Translations under genes and position numbers: made by a program
Assembly: GCA_963701965.1 (NCBI GenBank)
Contig: OY969695.1
Location: 2,368,001-2,432,000 of the forward strand
Source: an uncultured Gemmatimonadales bacterium
Lineage (GTDB): Bacteria > Gemmatimonadota > Gemmatimonadetes > Gemmatimonadales > Gemmatimonadaceae
Direction of reading: 5' to 3'
Length of the DNA stretch: 64,000 bases
In this document: positions 1 to 10,924 of the stretch, one piece after another
Layout: every line of letters begins with the position of its first letter
How positions within the stretch are numbered: the stretch's first letter is position 1
The notes under the pieces: model-generated
Told to the model about the DNA's origin: nothing
Databases searched by the model: none
The model's input: the letters and a program-made list of their open reading frames with translations, nothing else

Positions 1-115
1 CAAAATCGGCGAGCAGCGCCTTTCCGTGCGGTGAGTACACGACGAGCGGCGTCCGATGATCGCGCGAGCACGCGCCCACGAGCAACAGCGCCAGCCCTAG
101 GGCGCCGCGTCTCAC
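1..115 (-). CDS. Extracellular solute-binding lipoprotein of an ABC transporter, N-terminus only (runs off the window edge)
   Basis: My translation from GTG at 115: VRRGALGLALLLVGAC-SRDHRTPLVVYSPHGKALLADF. It has a lipobox and the LVVYSPH start typical of SBP_bac_1/6 proteins. GTGA overlap with the upstream stop. Confidence 0.65.
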   Translation of the reverse strand, partial: MRRGALGLALLLVGACSRDHRTPLVVYSPHGKALLADF

Positions 116-2622
116 TGAATGGTCCGCGTGTGTCCGGCGGCCAGCAGGTTCACGAAGAGACGGGCCGCGCCCGGCACGCCGCCGGGGAGCTGGCGGAAAA
201 ACGCCAGCGTCGTATACACGTACGTCCCTTTGCCTAGCGGCGCCACGAGGATGCCGGCGGCATTCGCCGCCTCGCCGGGATCGTTGATGGATACCACCGT
301 GTGGTACTTGTCATCGTACGTGTGCGGCATGTACGTCGAGCGCTCCTGGATCCAGTTCGCCCAGTCCGACTCGCTGATCTTGTTCGGCGCGTTCAGCACG
401 GCGGCCGTCGGATCGAGCACCCGGACCGGCGCGTTCTCGTCGGTGACGCGATCCGCCGGACGCGACAGCGTGATGGGATACGGCACCAGGTCGGGCATCT
501 CGTACTGCCCATATTGCACGACGAGCGTGCCGCCGTTGCGCGCGTAGTCGAGCAGGCGCCGGTTGTTGGCGCGGAGGTCGCCGCTGGCCTCGTAGGCGCG
601 CGTCCCGACGACGACGGTCGAGAACTTCGACAGGTCCGTGGCCGCCAGTCCCGCGGGATCGAGAACCGTCACCGGGATGCCGAGGGCTTCGAGCGTCGGC
701 GCGACGTTATCGCCGACGCCCGGGATATAGCCGACCGTGATGCCGGCGGGCACGCGCACATCGACCGCGACCAGGTGGATCGTCGCCTCGCGGTAGAGTT
801 TCTGGGGCCGGATATGGTCGTACTCGATCGGGATGTAGCCGTTCGTGTACGTCTTGCCCTCGCTCTCCGCCGTTGCCGCCAAGGTCGCGTCCCCCGCCGG
901 CAGCGTGCCCATCACGCGAAAGTCGACGCGCCGCGATCCGTAGGCGGCCAACACCACTTCCCGACTCGCCGAGTCGGCCGTCAGCCCGCGCGGGACTCTG
1001 AGCGCGATGCGGACGACCTGCTCCTTGTCCGACGCCGACCGCAGCAGCACGCGGACGGGCCGATCAATGCGCGCCTTGGCCGGCACATAGGCCACGGTCT
1101 GGTCCAGCGTCACGGACACGGCCGGCGCGAACGCCAACGGGCGGTCCACTTCGCCGCGCGCCGGGTCGCCAATGCGCTCGACGGGCGCCACGGACTCCGA
1201 GAATGGCGCCGTCGCCTCCAGCGCGACGTGCACCCGGGCGCCATCGCGCTGGTCTTCGGCGACCCGCGAGACCGGGACGCCGAACAGATCGCCCACGCGC
1301 GGCTTGGCGAGCCACCAGGGACTGGAGACGGTCGACTCCGACACCGCGACGCTGTCGTGATAGGCGCTGTCCGGCGCGATCGAGCGCTTCGTCGGATCGG
1401 CGTCCACCCCATCGAGGCCGAGGCCCGCGCCGTCGCGGTTGTATACCGTGAGCGCAACCCGCGCCGGGGCGCCCACGGTCGCGACATCGTGCGCCACCGT
1501 GGCCTCGATGGCGACGCCGGACGCCGTCGCGATCGCCCGGTCCACGCGACCCTGGGCCAGCGCGATCGTGCGGGCGACGTCCGGCCCCGCGGCGCTGGTG
1601 TCGACGTTGCGGAGCAGTTGCGCGACCCGGGCCAACGGCGGGAGCACGCGCGCGGTGCTGTCGAACACGAACGCCGCCCGCACGCGGGCCAAGGCCGCCG
1701 GCAGCGAGTCCAGCGCGGTCCGCGACCGCGCATCGCGCACCAGCGGCCGGAGTCGCGCGAACGACGTGTCGATCCCATCGAACATCGAGTGCTCTGGCTG
1801 CGAGCCCTGTGCTGGCCCGATCCCGGCTTCGCGATAGACCGTGGCGGTGAACGGACCCTTCCGGATCAACTGCCCGAATCCCTGCGACTTGTGCTGGCTG
1901 CGGCTCCGCGAGGCGATCTCGCTGTACGACTCGCCGAGCAGGGGGCTATACTCGCCGACCTGAATCGAAAGGGCGTTGGCTCCGCCGCCGAAGTACGAGC
2001 GATCGCGATAGAACTTCAATGCCGTCCACGCCGGTCCGTACTTGGCCGCTGGGAAGCGGACCGTGTCGCCCGCGACGTCGTAGGCCTCGCGGGCAATGAG
2101 ACCGGAGACCTGGTGATGCCCATGGCCGTCCGCCGGCGTCCCCGAGAACACCGCGATGATGATGTGCGGGCGAAACGCGCGCACGACGGTCACCACATCG
2201 CCCAGCACCGAATCATGCGGCCAATGGGTGTACGTCTCCGCCGCGCTCTTCGAGAACCCGAAATCGTACGCCCGCGTGAAGTACTGATGCGCGCCGTCGA
2301 TCCGGCGGGCGGCGAGGAGCTCCTCTGTGCGGATCACGCCTAGCGCTTCGCCGAGCTCGTTGCCGATGAGGTTCTGGCCCCCGTCCCCGCGCGTCAGCGA
2401 CAGGTACGCGGTCTCGACATGTTGCCCCCGGGCCAGCCAGGCGATGAGGCGGGTGTCCTCGTCGTCGGGATGCGCGGCGATCATCAGGACCCGGGTGGTG
2501 ACGCCCAACCCGTCGACCAGCTCGCCCAACGCCACCGCGCCGCGCTCCTGAGCAATGGCGGGGCGCGGCGCGATGGAGCACGCACAAATTGCCGCGACCA
2601 GCGCGGCCGTGAAAACCCTCAC
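112..2622 (-). CDS. Secreted PIG-L/LmbE family deacetylase with NEW3/Ig-like and C-terminal glutamine amidotransferase-like domains
   Basis: Motifs AAHPDDE, TRGDGGQN, RTEEL, DFGFSKS and HGHH. Signal peptide follows a GTG at 2622 that overlaps the sucA stop; the ORF-track start at 2994 is over-extended. Confidence 0.9.
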   Translation of the reverse strand: MRVFTAALVAAICACSIAPRPAIAQERGAVALGELVDGLGVTTRVLMIAAHPDDEDTRLIAWLARGQHVETAYLSLTRGDGGQNLIGNELGEALGVIRTEELLAARRIDGAHQYFTRAYDFGFSKSAAETYTHWPHDSVLGDVVTVVRAFRPHIIIAVFSGTPADGHGHHQVSGLIAREAYDVAGDTVRFPAAKYGPAWTALKFYRDRSYFGGGANALSIQVGEYSPLLGESYSEIASRSRSQHKSQGFGQLIRKGPFTATVYREAGIGPAQGSQPEHSMFDGIDTSFARLRPLVRDARSRTALDSLPAALARVRAAFVFDSTARVLPPLARVAQLLRNVDTSAAGPDVARTIALAQGRVDRAIATASGVAIEATVAHDVATVGAPARVALTVYNRDGAGLGLDGVDADPTKRSIAPDSAYHDSVAVSESTVSSPWWLAKPRVGDLFGVPVSRVAEDQRDGARVHVALEATAPFSESVAPVERIGDPARGEVDRPLAFAPAVSVTLDQTVAYVPAKARIDRPVRVLLRSASDKEQVVRIALRVPRGLTADSASREVVLAAYGSRRVDFRVMGTLPAGDATLAATAESEGKTYTNGYIPIEYDHIRPQKLYREATIHLVAVDVRVPAGITVGYIPGVGDNVAPTLEALGIPVTVLDPAGLAATDLSKFSTVVVGTRAYEASGDLRANNRRLLDYARNGGTLVVQYGQYEMPDLVPYPITLSRPADRVTDENAPVRVLDPTAAVLNAPNKISESDWANWIQERSTYMPHTYDDKYHTVVSINDPGEAANAAGILVAPLGKGTYVYTTLAFFRQLPGGVPGAARLFVNLLAAGHTRTIQ

Positions 2623-5355
2623 ACTCCGCCCGCGACGGATGACCGATCGGATGCGACAGGGGCCGCCAACGCCTCGGCGACGATCCGCGCCTGCTCCTTT
2701 TTGTGGGGCGCGGTGTACCCCTCGGCCGGACTGGCGCGCTCCGGCCGGCCCACATAGCGCGCGGCCTTGAGCCGCTGCGTCACGAACGCCCAGGCGCCCA
2801 TGTTCTTGGGCTCTTCCTGGACCCAAACCAGATCGTCGGCTTCCGGGTACCGCTCCAGCACGTGCGCGATCTCCACCTGGGGCCACGGATACAGCTCTTC
2901 CACCCGGACGATCGCGACGTGCGGAGGCCGTTCCGCCGCTGTGAGATCGTAGTAGATCTTGCCCGTGCACAGCACCACGCGCCGCACGCCCCATTGCCGT
3001 CCGCTGTCGCTCACCATCGTCGGATCATCCAGCACGGCCTGGAACCGGCCGTTGGACAGGTCGTCCACGTTGGACATGGCCGCTTCGAGCCGCAAAAGGC
3101 TCTTGGGCTGCATGAGCACCAGCGGCCGCCGGAGCGCCGTCATCGCCTGCCGCCGCAGGACATGGAAGTACTGCCCCGCGGTCGAGGGATAGGCGATCGA
3201 CATGTTGCCCTCGGCCGCCAACTGCAAAAAGCGCTCGAGCCGCGCGCTCGAATGCTCGGGCCCACCGCCCTCGTACCCGTGCGGCAGGAGCAACACGACG
3301 CCCGAGCCTTCACCCCACTTGGCGCGATCGGCCGCCAGGAACTGGTCAATGATCGGCTGCGCGACATTGACGAAGTCGCCGTACTGCGCCTCCCACATCA
3401 CCAGCGAGTCCGGCGCCGCGGCGGCGTATCCGTACTCGAATCCGAGGACGGCGGTCTCCGACAACGGGCTGTTGTAGATCTCGAACGCGCCCGTGCCCGG
3501 CAGATGCTGCAAGGGGCGGTAGATCTTCCCGGTCTTCGCGTCGTGGAGCTCGGCGTGGCAATGCGAGAAGGTGCCGCGCCCCGCGTCCTGCCCGGTGATG
3601 CGCACCGACGTCCCATCGGTGAGGAGCGAGGCGAGCGACAGCGCCTCCGCCTCGCCCCAATCGATGAGATTGCCTGGTCCCAGCGCGTCGCGCCGTTTCG
3701 ACACCGAGCGGTTCACGCGGGCGTGCGGTGAGAACCCCTCGGGCCACACGAGCAAGCGCTCGTTGAGCGCCACCAGACGCTCCTTGGGCACCGCGGTATC
3801 GGCCGACGTCGGCCGCGTGATGCCCGGGAACACGTGCTCGGGCTCATCGACGGTCAACGCACCGGCGGTCACCTGCGCGTGCACGGTGGTCAGATTGTCG
3901 AGCGCCTGCCGCTCGATCGCCTGCGCGCCCTCGGCGGTCGCCACGCCTTCCCGCGCGAGCCGGTCGGCCCACAAGGCCCGCGGCGTGGGATGCGACTTGA
4001 TCCGCTCGTACATCTTGGGCTGCGTGAAGCTGGGATCGTCGCCTTCGTTGTGTCCGTTCCGCCGGTACCCGACGAGATCGATCAGGAAATCCTTGTGGAA
4101 GATCGCCCGGTATTCGTTGGCGATGCGTACCGCGATGATGCAGGATTCCGGATTGTCGGCGTTGACGTGCACGATCGGCACGTCGAACCCCTTGGCGACG
4201 TCACTCGCGTAGTACGTGGACCGGGCGTCGATCGGGTTGGTTGTGAACCCGATCTGGTTGTTGACGATGATGTGCAGCGTGCCGCCGACCCGATATCCGG
4301 CCAGGCGCGACAGGTTGAACGTCTCGGGAACAATGCCCTCGCCGGGGAACGCGGCGTCGCCGTGGATGCACACGGGAATGACCCTGGTCTCGTCCCGCCC
4401 GGCCAGGCCGTCGTCTTTTCTCCCATCGCGTTCCAGCGCCCGCGCCACCCCTTCCAACACGGGGTTCACGAACTCGAGAATGGCTGGGATTCGGGAGCAG
4501 CGTGATCTCCACGGCGCCCCGTGACGCGTGGGCGCCGAGGTGATACTTGACGTCGCCCGTACTGGCATCGTCGCCGTGCTTGCCTTCGAACTCGGCGAAG
4601 ATCGCCGCGTACGACTTGCCCAGGATGTGGGCGAGCACGTTGATGCGCCCGCGGTGCGCCATGGCGATCACGACGTGATGCGCCCCGCTGTGCGCCGCGC
4701 CGGTGATCGTCTCGTCCAGCATCGGCACCAGCGCGTCCGTACCCTCAATGCCGAACCGCTTGACGCTGGGATACGCCCGCGCGATGAACCGCTCCAGGGC
4801 GTCGACATCGGTGAGCCGCTGGAGCACCGCCCGCTTTTCATCGGGGGTCAACGGCCGCGTCAATTCCTCGGCGGTGAGGATCTGCCGAAACCACTTCCGC
4901 TCCGCCTCCGCCGACAGGTGCGTGACCTCGAACCCGAGGGATGTCGAGTACCGCAAGCGCAACCGCCGCATCACATCGGTGGCCGTCGCCATGTGGGGGA
5001 ACCCCACGGCGCTGCCCGGGACGAGATCGAGGTCGGCCTCGGTAATCCCGTGGAACTCCGGCGTCAGCTCGGGCGCGCCGAGTGGCGCGGTCCCCAGCGG
5101 GTCGAGTTGCACGGCGAAATGGCCGTAGGTGCGGATGGCCTGCATCAGCGCGGCGACGCCGGCGGCCTTCTTGAGCAACGCGGGATCGGCGGCGCCGCCC
5201 GACGCGGGAGCGCGCGTCGTGCCGGCGAAACGTTCGGCGGCCTGGAAAAACGTGCGCCACGACTCCGAAACGGACGCAGGATCGCGCCGGTAGGCGTCGT
5301 ACAGTTCGGCAATGTACCCGTCGTTGAAGACGTTCGTCGCTGGATCGGTCGGCAT
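2619..5355 (-). CDS. sucA: 2-oxoglutarate dehydrogenase E1, split by a one-base frameshift at ~4480
   Basis: N-part has KRFGIEG, MAHRGRINVL, GDVKYHLG and PNPSH. C-part has LEFVNPV, HGDAAFPGEG, NNQIGFTT, GHNEGDDP, WEAQYGDF and PHGYEG. Removing one T from CAT-T-CTCGAG restores NPSHLEFV. Confidence 0.93.
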
Positions 5356-5388
5356 GCAATGCATAATCTAACAGGTCCGTCGGTCCCT

Positions 5389-5913
5389 TCAGAACAACTC
5401 TTCCTGCGGTCCGGAACCGGAATACGAAAGGGAACCCAACGCCAGCTGGGCGGGCGAGGTACCCGTATGCGGCGTGGTGTTGCCGCCGCTACCAATGTGC
5501 TGGACGACGATACCCATGGCGGTCAGATAATCGGCAATGAGGCTCCGGTGACAGCGCCACCAGACCGCCTCGGCGCACATGACGGCGATGGGAGCGTCGA
5601 ACGTCAACAATTCGTCAATGGCGCGCCGAAACGCGGGGGTCTGCATGTAGTCGGCGTACCCGCGAAACGAGGCGTTGCGCCAACCGGTGTTCACCGAGTC
5701 CGGAGCCGGTGTCCGCCGCCCGCCGAGCGACTCCAGGTGGCGATAGGCGATCCTATTGGTACGAAGCGATTCCGCGAGGGCCTCTCGACTAAACTGGGGA
5801 TAGCGACGCGAGCCGGGAAATCGCCGCACATCGACGAGCGTCGCAATGCCCGGCGGCGCGAGGAGCGCCAGGAACTCGGCCGCCTCGCGCGTCGAATGCC
5901 CGACCGTGTACAC
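5389..5913 (-). CDS. DUF488 family protein
   Basis: Motifs YTVGHSTR, LVDVRRFPGSRRYPQF, LGGRR and MCAEAVWWRCHRSLIAD. Confidence 0.9.
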   Translation of the reverse strand: MYTVGHSTREAAEFLALLAPPGIATLVDVRRFPGSRRYPQFSREALAESLRTNRIAYRHLESLGGRRTPAPDSVNTGWRNASFRGYADYMQTPAFRRAIDELLTFDAPIAVMCAEAVWWRCHRSLIADYLTAMGIVVQHIGSGGNTTPHTGTSPAQLALGSLSYSGSGPQEELF

Positions 5914-5970
5914 GACGGACGGGACGTAAGGAACCGGCGGGGGAAGAACTATCGCTGCGAGTGCCCCCGG

Positions 5971-6300
5971 CTAGCGCGGCGGATGGCCGCCGTGGCGTAG
6001 GAGCTCGGTCGTGCGCTCGATCCAATGGATGTACTCGGCCACCGGTTCGCCGGACTTCCGCGTCGGCAGGACGAAATCGGGACTGTCCGGCTGGTCGCCG
6101 CCTTCGTCGACATACAGATCGCCACCCGCGCGCTCGACCGCCCGTTCCCAATCTTCGACCGCGTCGAGGAGATCGCCGACCTCGTCGCTGGTCTCCTTGC
6201 CGGTCAGCTCGACGCCGCGGCGCCGGAGCTTGGATGCCAGCTCGGCGACCACGCCCGCCCGCTCGCGATCGTCGTCGCGCGATGCGCTAGGTGGTGTCAT
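5971..6300 (-). CDS. Hypothetical protein
   Basis: 109-aa ORF with protein-like composition and host-like codon usage; no family recognised. Confidence 0.7.
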   Translation of the reverse strand: MTPPSASRDDDRERAGVVAELASKLRRRGVELTGKETSDEVGDLLDAVEDWERAVERAGGDLYVDEGGDQPDSPDFVLPTRKSGEPVAEYIHWIERTTELLRHGGHPPR

Positions 6301-6402
6301 ACATTGATCTTACGGACGCGCCGTCTGTAGACGCAAGGCGTGGGCAAGGCATAGGTAAGGCGTCGGCAAAGCGTCGCCGACCGGGCGCGTTACATTTAAG
6401 TC

Positions 6403-6895
6403 ATGCCTGTCGTAGCGTTTTCGTCTCTTCCGGCCTCGGCGCGGGTGTGGGTATTCGCGGCCGACCGGCCGTTGGCCCCCGCACAGGTCGACCTACTGCT
6501 CGCCGAGGTCGACCGGTACCTCGAATGAGTGGCGCGCCCACGGCCAGGCGCTGACCTGCGCCCGGGCGTGGAGTGACGACCGGTTCCTGACCGTCGCGGT
6601 CGATCAGACCGATGCGTACGCGTCCGGATGCTCGATCGACGGACTCTTCCGTGCGCTCCAAACGCTGGAGGCGCGCCTGGGTGCGGCGCTGGTCGGCGGT
6701 GGACGCGTCCATTTCCGCGACGAGACCGGCGCCGTGCGCACGGTGTCGCGCGATGAGTTCTCCCGCCTGGGCGAGAGTGGCGAAGTCACCCGACAGACGC
6801 GGGTGTTCGATCCCACGGTCGCCACCGCCGGCGAGTGGCGGACGCGTTTCGAGACCGAGGCGGCCCACTCCTGGCACGCCGCGGTCCTGCCTTAA
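6403..6895 (+). CDS. Conserved hypothetical protein with an SGCSID motif, frameshifted at ~6524
   Basis: Not in the ORF track. It reads MPVVAFSSLPASARVWVFAADRPL...YL, then in the next frame EWRAHGQALT...AYASGCSIDGLFR...HSWHAAVLP*. This matches a family I recall with RVW, WxAHG, SGCSID and SWH motifs. Confidence 0.75.
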
Positions 6896-7095
6896 GGCTG
6901 CGGGACCAGGGTCTTGTGGGTGCCGTCGCAATACGGCTTGGTCAACGACGCCCCGCAGCGACATAACGCGATCGCTTTCTTGTCGGGACGCGGCGACGGG
7001 ATCTCGTTGCCAGCGGCGTCGACGATCACCACGTGGACGGCATCGTCGGCGTCAATGCGATAGGGGCCGTTCTCGGAGACCTTAATTTTTATCAT
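6892..7095 (-). CDS. CDGSH iron-sulfur domain protein
   Basis: ENGPY and ALCRCGASLTKPYCDGTH (C-x-C...C-D-G-T-H [2Fe-2S] motif). Confidence 0.92.
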   Translation of the reverse strand: MIKIKVSENGPYRIDADDAVHVVIVDAAGNEIPSPRPDKKAIALCRCGASLTKPYCDGTHKTLVPQP

Positions 7096-7507
7096 CGACC
7101 GCCTGCTTGGCGAACCGTTTCACACGCGCGAGCATGGCATTGAGCCCGATCTCACGACTCGATAGCCCGATATCCGCCATGACTTGCCGGACGAAATCAT
7201 CAGGAATGGCCAACGCGACCTCCGGCGGTTGATCGTTCACCGCCGAGAAAAGGATCGCCAGAAACGCCGCGATCGTCGGCGACTGCCGGCAGTTGAGATC
7301 GGCGTAGAAGTGCAGCTTGCCGTCCCGTATCTCCGGAAAAAGATCCACCCGCGTCTGGCACTCGGGCACGGAAAACTCCGCCCGGTCGAGCGCCAACAGA
7401 CGCTCCGGCACCGGCTCCAGCTGCCGCGAATACTGCACGAGCGCCTGCATCTTCTCTTCGCGACCGAGCGCGCGAAAACGGCCAAGAATGGCCTGTGTCA
7501 ATGGCAT
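7082..7507 (-). CDS. sufE: SufE family sulfur-transfer protein
   Basis: VPECQTRV (conserved Cys), LHFYAD and LSSREIGL motifs; 141 aa. Confidence 0.8.
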   Translation of the reverse strand: MPLTQAILGRFRALGREEKMQALVQYSRQLEPVPERLLALDRAEFSVPECQTRVDLFPEIRDGKLHFYADLNCRQSPTIAAFLAILFSAVNDQPPEVALAIPDDFVRQVMADIGLSSREIGLNAMLARVKRFAKQAVDDKN

Positions 7508-7533
7508 GCGGGAAAGATATCCGGTCCCGCGAC

Positions 7534-10392
7534 TCAGAGAGACTGCTTCACGCTGACCGAGAACTGTTGGCCGTAGTATTCGCGCTGAAAGCTGTAGTGC
7601 TGGTGCGGCGTCCCGGCGTAGAACCCGAAGACGGCGTTATTGAGATTGAGCCCCTCGATCTCGATCTCCAGGCAATGCGCGGAGTGGCGGAACAGCGTCC
7701 ACTCGATCGAGGCATCGATCTGACTGTGGTCGTAGAAGTACTGGTCGCCGGTCGCCGGATTGCTCGTGCCATCGCCGTAGCTCGTGATGCTCGCCGCCTG
7801 CCATGCCCAGGCCACGCGCGCGGACAACGGCCCGCGCTCGTAGGTCAGCGCGAGATTCGCCAGCGACGGCGACTGCCGGGGGAGGCGCGCGGTGCGGGTC
7901 AGGCCCGACGAGTCGGCGGGCAGCGTCGCCGATGACGACGTCAGGGTGCCGTTGCAATCCACCCCCAGCCCCGACAACAACCCGGGCAGAAACTCGAGCG
8001 GCTGGCTCCAGTCGGCCTCCAGTCCCAGGAGCGTGCCGGCCAATCCGTTCTGCGGCTGTCCCGCGCGATAGTTCGGTCCGTCGTTGAACGGGGGCACCCG
8101 ATATCCGGGAAACGAGTGCACGAAGATGAAATCGTCGATGCGCTTGTAGAACGTCCCGACGGAGAGCAGGCCGTCGCCCGGCAGGAAACGCTCGGCGAGC
8201 AGATCGAGATTCCACGCCCGCTCCGGCCGCAAACGGGGGTTCCCGATATTCACGATCGTCGCCGGATCGCCGACGAGCCCGGAGACCGAGGGCGCGAGAT
8301 CCGAGTAGTTGGGACGCGCGATCGCGCGGGAGACGGCGAACCGCACGTCGCTGGCGCGGTCGATGGCGTACTTGATCTGTCCGCTCGGGAAGAGGTCGAG
8401 ATACGTCTGGCCGGCGGACTGCGCGCCAATCCCTCCGTTGGGGAGCACGACATGCCCCGAGTACGCTCCCGCCGTCAGCTCGGCGCGCAGGCCGCCGTTG
8501 AGCGAGAACCGGCCAATGTCGCCGCGCGTCATCTGGTACAGCGAATACACGGCTTCGGTGCCCCAGAAGCTGCCGAGCGCGTTGGCGATCGTGTCGATCG
8601 CGCGCGGGAACAGCGCCGGATGCGCGTTTTCGAACGCCTGCACGGCCGCGTCATTGGGCACCGGCCCGAAGGGAAGCTGGTGAATCGCCGAATAGAACCC
8701 CGGGTCGTTGAACGAGGCCACGAACGGCGCCAGTGATTGGTCGGGTCCCACGTACGACGCCGAGTAACTCGAATTCGTGTACCGCGCCCCCTCGTCGCGC
8801 ACCTTGAGTCCCACCTTCACGTGGGGCGTCGCGTAGTCGACCTGCGCGCCGTAGGCGTAGGCGCGGCTCCGCGTGTTGTCGTTGTCGTACCCGCTGAGAA
8901 AGAAGTTGGAGGCCTGTTGGGCGGCCGCCGCCGTCCCGGACTCGGGGAACGAATACAGCGGCACGTTGGGATTGGCGTAGTCGTAGCGGACCGTGGTCGC
9001 CACGCCGTTGGGCGAGCCGAAGTTGAACGGCGTCGCCCGGAAATTGATGATGTCCTCGCTCGTGCCGCTCATGCTGGCGCGAAACGAGAGCGTGTCGTGG
9101 TGCCACACGGTGCGCGCGCCGACGACCGAACTGTAGAGCCGATCCGTCGGCGTCAGCGACTGCGCGAGGCGGTACAACGTGGCGCCCGTGTCCAGTCCCA
9201 TCGTCCGCGGGCCACCCATCGCGACCGGCGCGCCGTCCCCATTGCCCACGTCGAACACGTACAACTCGCCGTGATCGAGGAACTTGCTGTAGAGGCCCTT
9301 CACGTACAGCGTGGTGTTGGGCGACAACCGGTAATCACCGCCGCCGCCCACGCCCGTGCGCGTCCGCGAGTACGCGTCGGCCTGCAGGCTGAATTCATTG
9401 GGGTAGAACGGCACGGCGCCAGTGCCGGACGCCCACGTGGGCTCGATATCGTTGATCGTCCGCTGATTCACATCGTACGAAGCACTCAGCAGGAACCCCA
9501 GGCGCTGGTCCCCACCGACGCGTCCGCCGTAGGTCAGCGTCCCGCTCCCGGCACGCTTGTCGAGCAACGTGATCGCGCCGTACTCGACGGCGATCGTTCC
9601 GTGCGGCGCGCCATCCGGGGTCAACGTCACCAGGTTCACCGTCCCGCCAATGGCGTCGGCGTCCATGTCCGCCGTCAGCGTCTTGCTCACTTCCACCGAT
9701 CCCAAAATCCCCGACGGAATGTCGTCCAGGCGCGGATTGCGCTGACCCTGCGCCGTGCCGGGGACGTGGGCGCCGTCGATCATCACGTTGGCCAGCCGCG
9801 ATTCAGTACCGCGGACTTCGACGAATTCGCTCTCGCCCTCGGCCCGCTCGCTGGTGACGCCCGGTACGCGCGCGGCCGCGTCGGCGGCATTGGCGTTGGG
9901 CAACGCCGAGATCGCCTCCGCTCCGATCACGCTCTCGATCGTCGGCGCGGCGCGGATCGCGTCGACGGTGGCCGCTCTGCTGCCCTGCGTCACGTTGGCG
10001 GTGATCCGCAAGCCGGTCAGCACCGTCGCCGCCGGACGCAGCACGATGTCGCGCGTCGCGGTTTCGCCCGCGGCGATCGTCACCGCGAACGAATCGGCGG
10101 TGAACCCGATGCGCTTCACGTGCACGACGGCGCCACCGGGCGGGAATGAGAGTCGATAGCGGCCCGTGGCGTCCGTCATCGCGCCGGTCCGCGTGTCCCC
10201 GACGTGCAGTGTGGCGCCCGGGACCGGCGTGCCGCTCGAATCGGCGACACGCCCCGCGACGACACCGCCAGCCGCTTGGGCGAGGAGGCACGCGGGATGG
10301 ACGGTCACGAGCGGGGCGATGGCGCCGCACGCAAAGCACGCGCGTACGCGCCACCGCACGGCACGTCGAGACAATCGTGTGACCAACAGCAT
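7534..10392 (-). CDS. TonB-dependent receptor with N-terminal carboxypeptidase-regulatory-like domain
   Basis: Plug motifs NAADAAARVPGV, VRG and SKTLTADMDADAIGGTVNL, plus GNPRLRPE and a C-terminal beta strand. Confidence 0.93.
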   Translation of the reverse strand: MLLVTRLSRRAVRWRVRACFACGAIAPLVTVHPACLLAQAAGGVVAGRVADSSGTPVPGATLHVGDTRTGAMTDATGRYRLSFPPGGAVVHVKRIGFTADSFAVTIAAGETATRDIVLRPAATVLTGLRITANVTQGSRAATVDAIRAAPTIESVIGAEAISALPNANAADAAARVPGVTSERAEGESEFVEVRGTESRLANVMIDGAHVPGTAQGQRNPRLDDIPSGILGSVEVSKTLTADMDADAIGGTVNLVTLTPDGAPHGTIAVEYGAITLLDKRAGSGTLTYGGRVGGDQRLGFLLSASYDVNQRTINDIEPTWASGTGAVPFYPNEFSLQADAYSRTRTGVGGGGDYRLSPNTTLYVKGLYSKFLDHGELYVFDVGNGDGAPVAMGGPRTMGLDTGATLYRLAQSLTPTDRLYSSVVGARTVWHHDTLSFRASMSGTSEDIINFRATPFNFGSPNGVATTVRYDYANPNVPLYSFPESGTAAAAQQASNFFLSGYDNDNTRSRAYAYGAQVDYATPHVKVGLKVRDEGARYTNSSYSASYVGPDQSLAPFVASFNDPGFYSAIHQLPFGPVPNDAAVQAFENAHPALFPRAIDTIANALGSFWGTEAVYSLYQMTRGDIGRFSLNGGLRAELTAGAYSGHVVLPNGGIGAQSAGQTYLDLFPSGQIKYAIDRASDVRFAVSRAIARPNYSDLAPSVSGLVGDPATIVNIGNPRLRPERAWNLDLLAERFLPGDGLLSVGTFYKRIDDFIFVHSFPGYRVPPFNDGPNYRAGQPQNGLAGTLLGLEADWSQPLEFLPGLLSGLGVDCNGTLTSSSATLPADSSGLTRTARLPRQSPSLANLALTYERGPLSARVAWAWQAASITSYGDGTSNPATGDQYFYDHSQIDASIEWTLFRHSAHCLEIEIEGLNLNNAVFGFYAGTPHQHYSFQREYYGQQFSVSVKQSL

Positions 10393-10465
10393 GACCGGCC
10401 AACCTAGACCAACCAGCCGCCGGGATTGATTGGCCGCGCGGGCGGATCGCGGACATATTTCCGCA

Positions 10466-10924
10466 ATGGACGCGCGCGAGTACGACCGGGAGGCCTACGA
10501 CTTCCGCCGCGCCGTGCCACTGTTTGGGCGCGCGCTCCGTCTCCGCTGCCCGAACTGCGGCGGGCGGAACATCTTCGCCAACTGGTTCACGCTCCGCGAG
10601 CAATGTCCGACCTGCGGACTCAAGTTCGATCGCGCCGAGGACGACTATTTCATCGGCGCCTATCTCTTCAACTTGGTGGCGGTGGAGCTGTTGGTGGCGG
10701 CGCTCATCGGCGTGGTCATTTTCGCGACGATGCCGAATCCGCCCTGGACGCTGCTCCAGTACGGCGCCGTCGTCCTCGTGCTGTTCGGCGCCTTTGTCTG
10801 CTACCCGTTCGCCAAGACGACGTGGCTGGCCTTCGACATCCTGCTCCGCCCCGTCACGCCCGGGGAGATGGAGTGGTACGAGGCGGGGGGCTCGGCGGCG
10901 GGCCGGGACTTACCGCAGTTGTGA
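10466..10924 (+). CDS. DUF983 domain membrane protein
   Basis: RCPNCG...CPTCG zinc ribbon followed by two TM helices. Confidence 0.85.
   Translation: MDAREYDREAYDFRRAVPLFGRALRLRCPNCGGRNIFANWFTLREQCPTCGLKFDRAEDDYFIGAYLFNLVAVELLVAALIGVVIFATMPNPPWTLLQYGAVVLVLFGAFVCYPFAKTTWLAFDILLRPVTPGEMEWYEAGGSAAGRDLPQL

Noticed and set aside
301..2343. Long antisense or alternate-frame ORFs (e.g. 301-2343, 16667-18298, 26090-27649, 57860-59716)
   Set aside because: They are shadow ORFs expected in high-GC DNA: Arg/Gly/Ala-rich, motif-free and opposite well-supported genes.
4470..4490. Programmed ribosomal frameshift in sucA or recQ
   Set aside because: No X XXY YYZ slippery heptamer at the sites; several similar indels across the window point to sequencing error.
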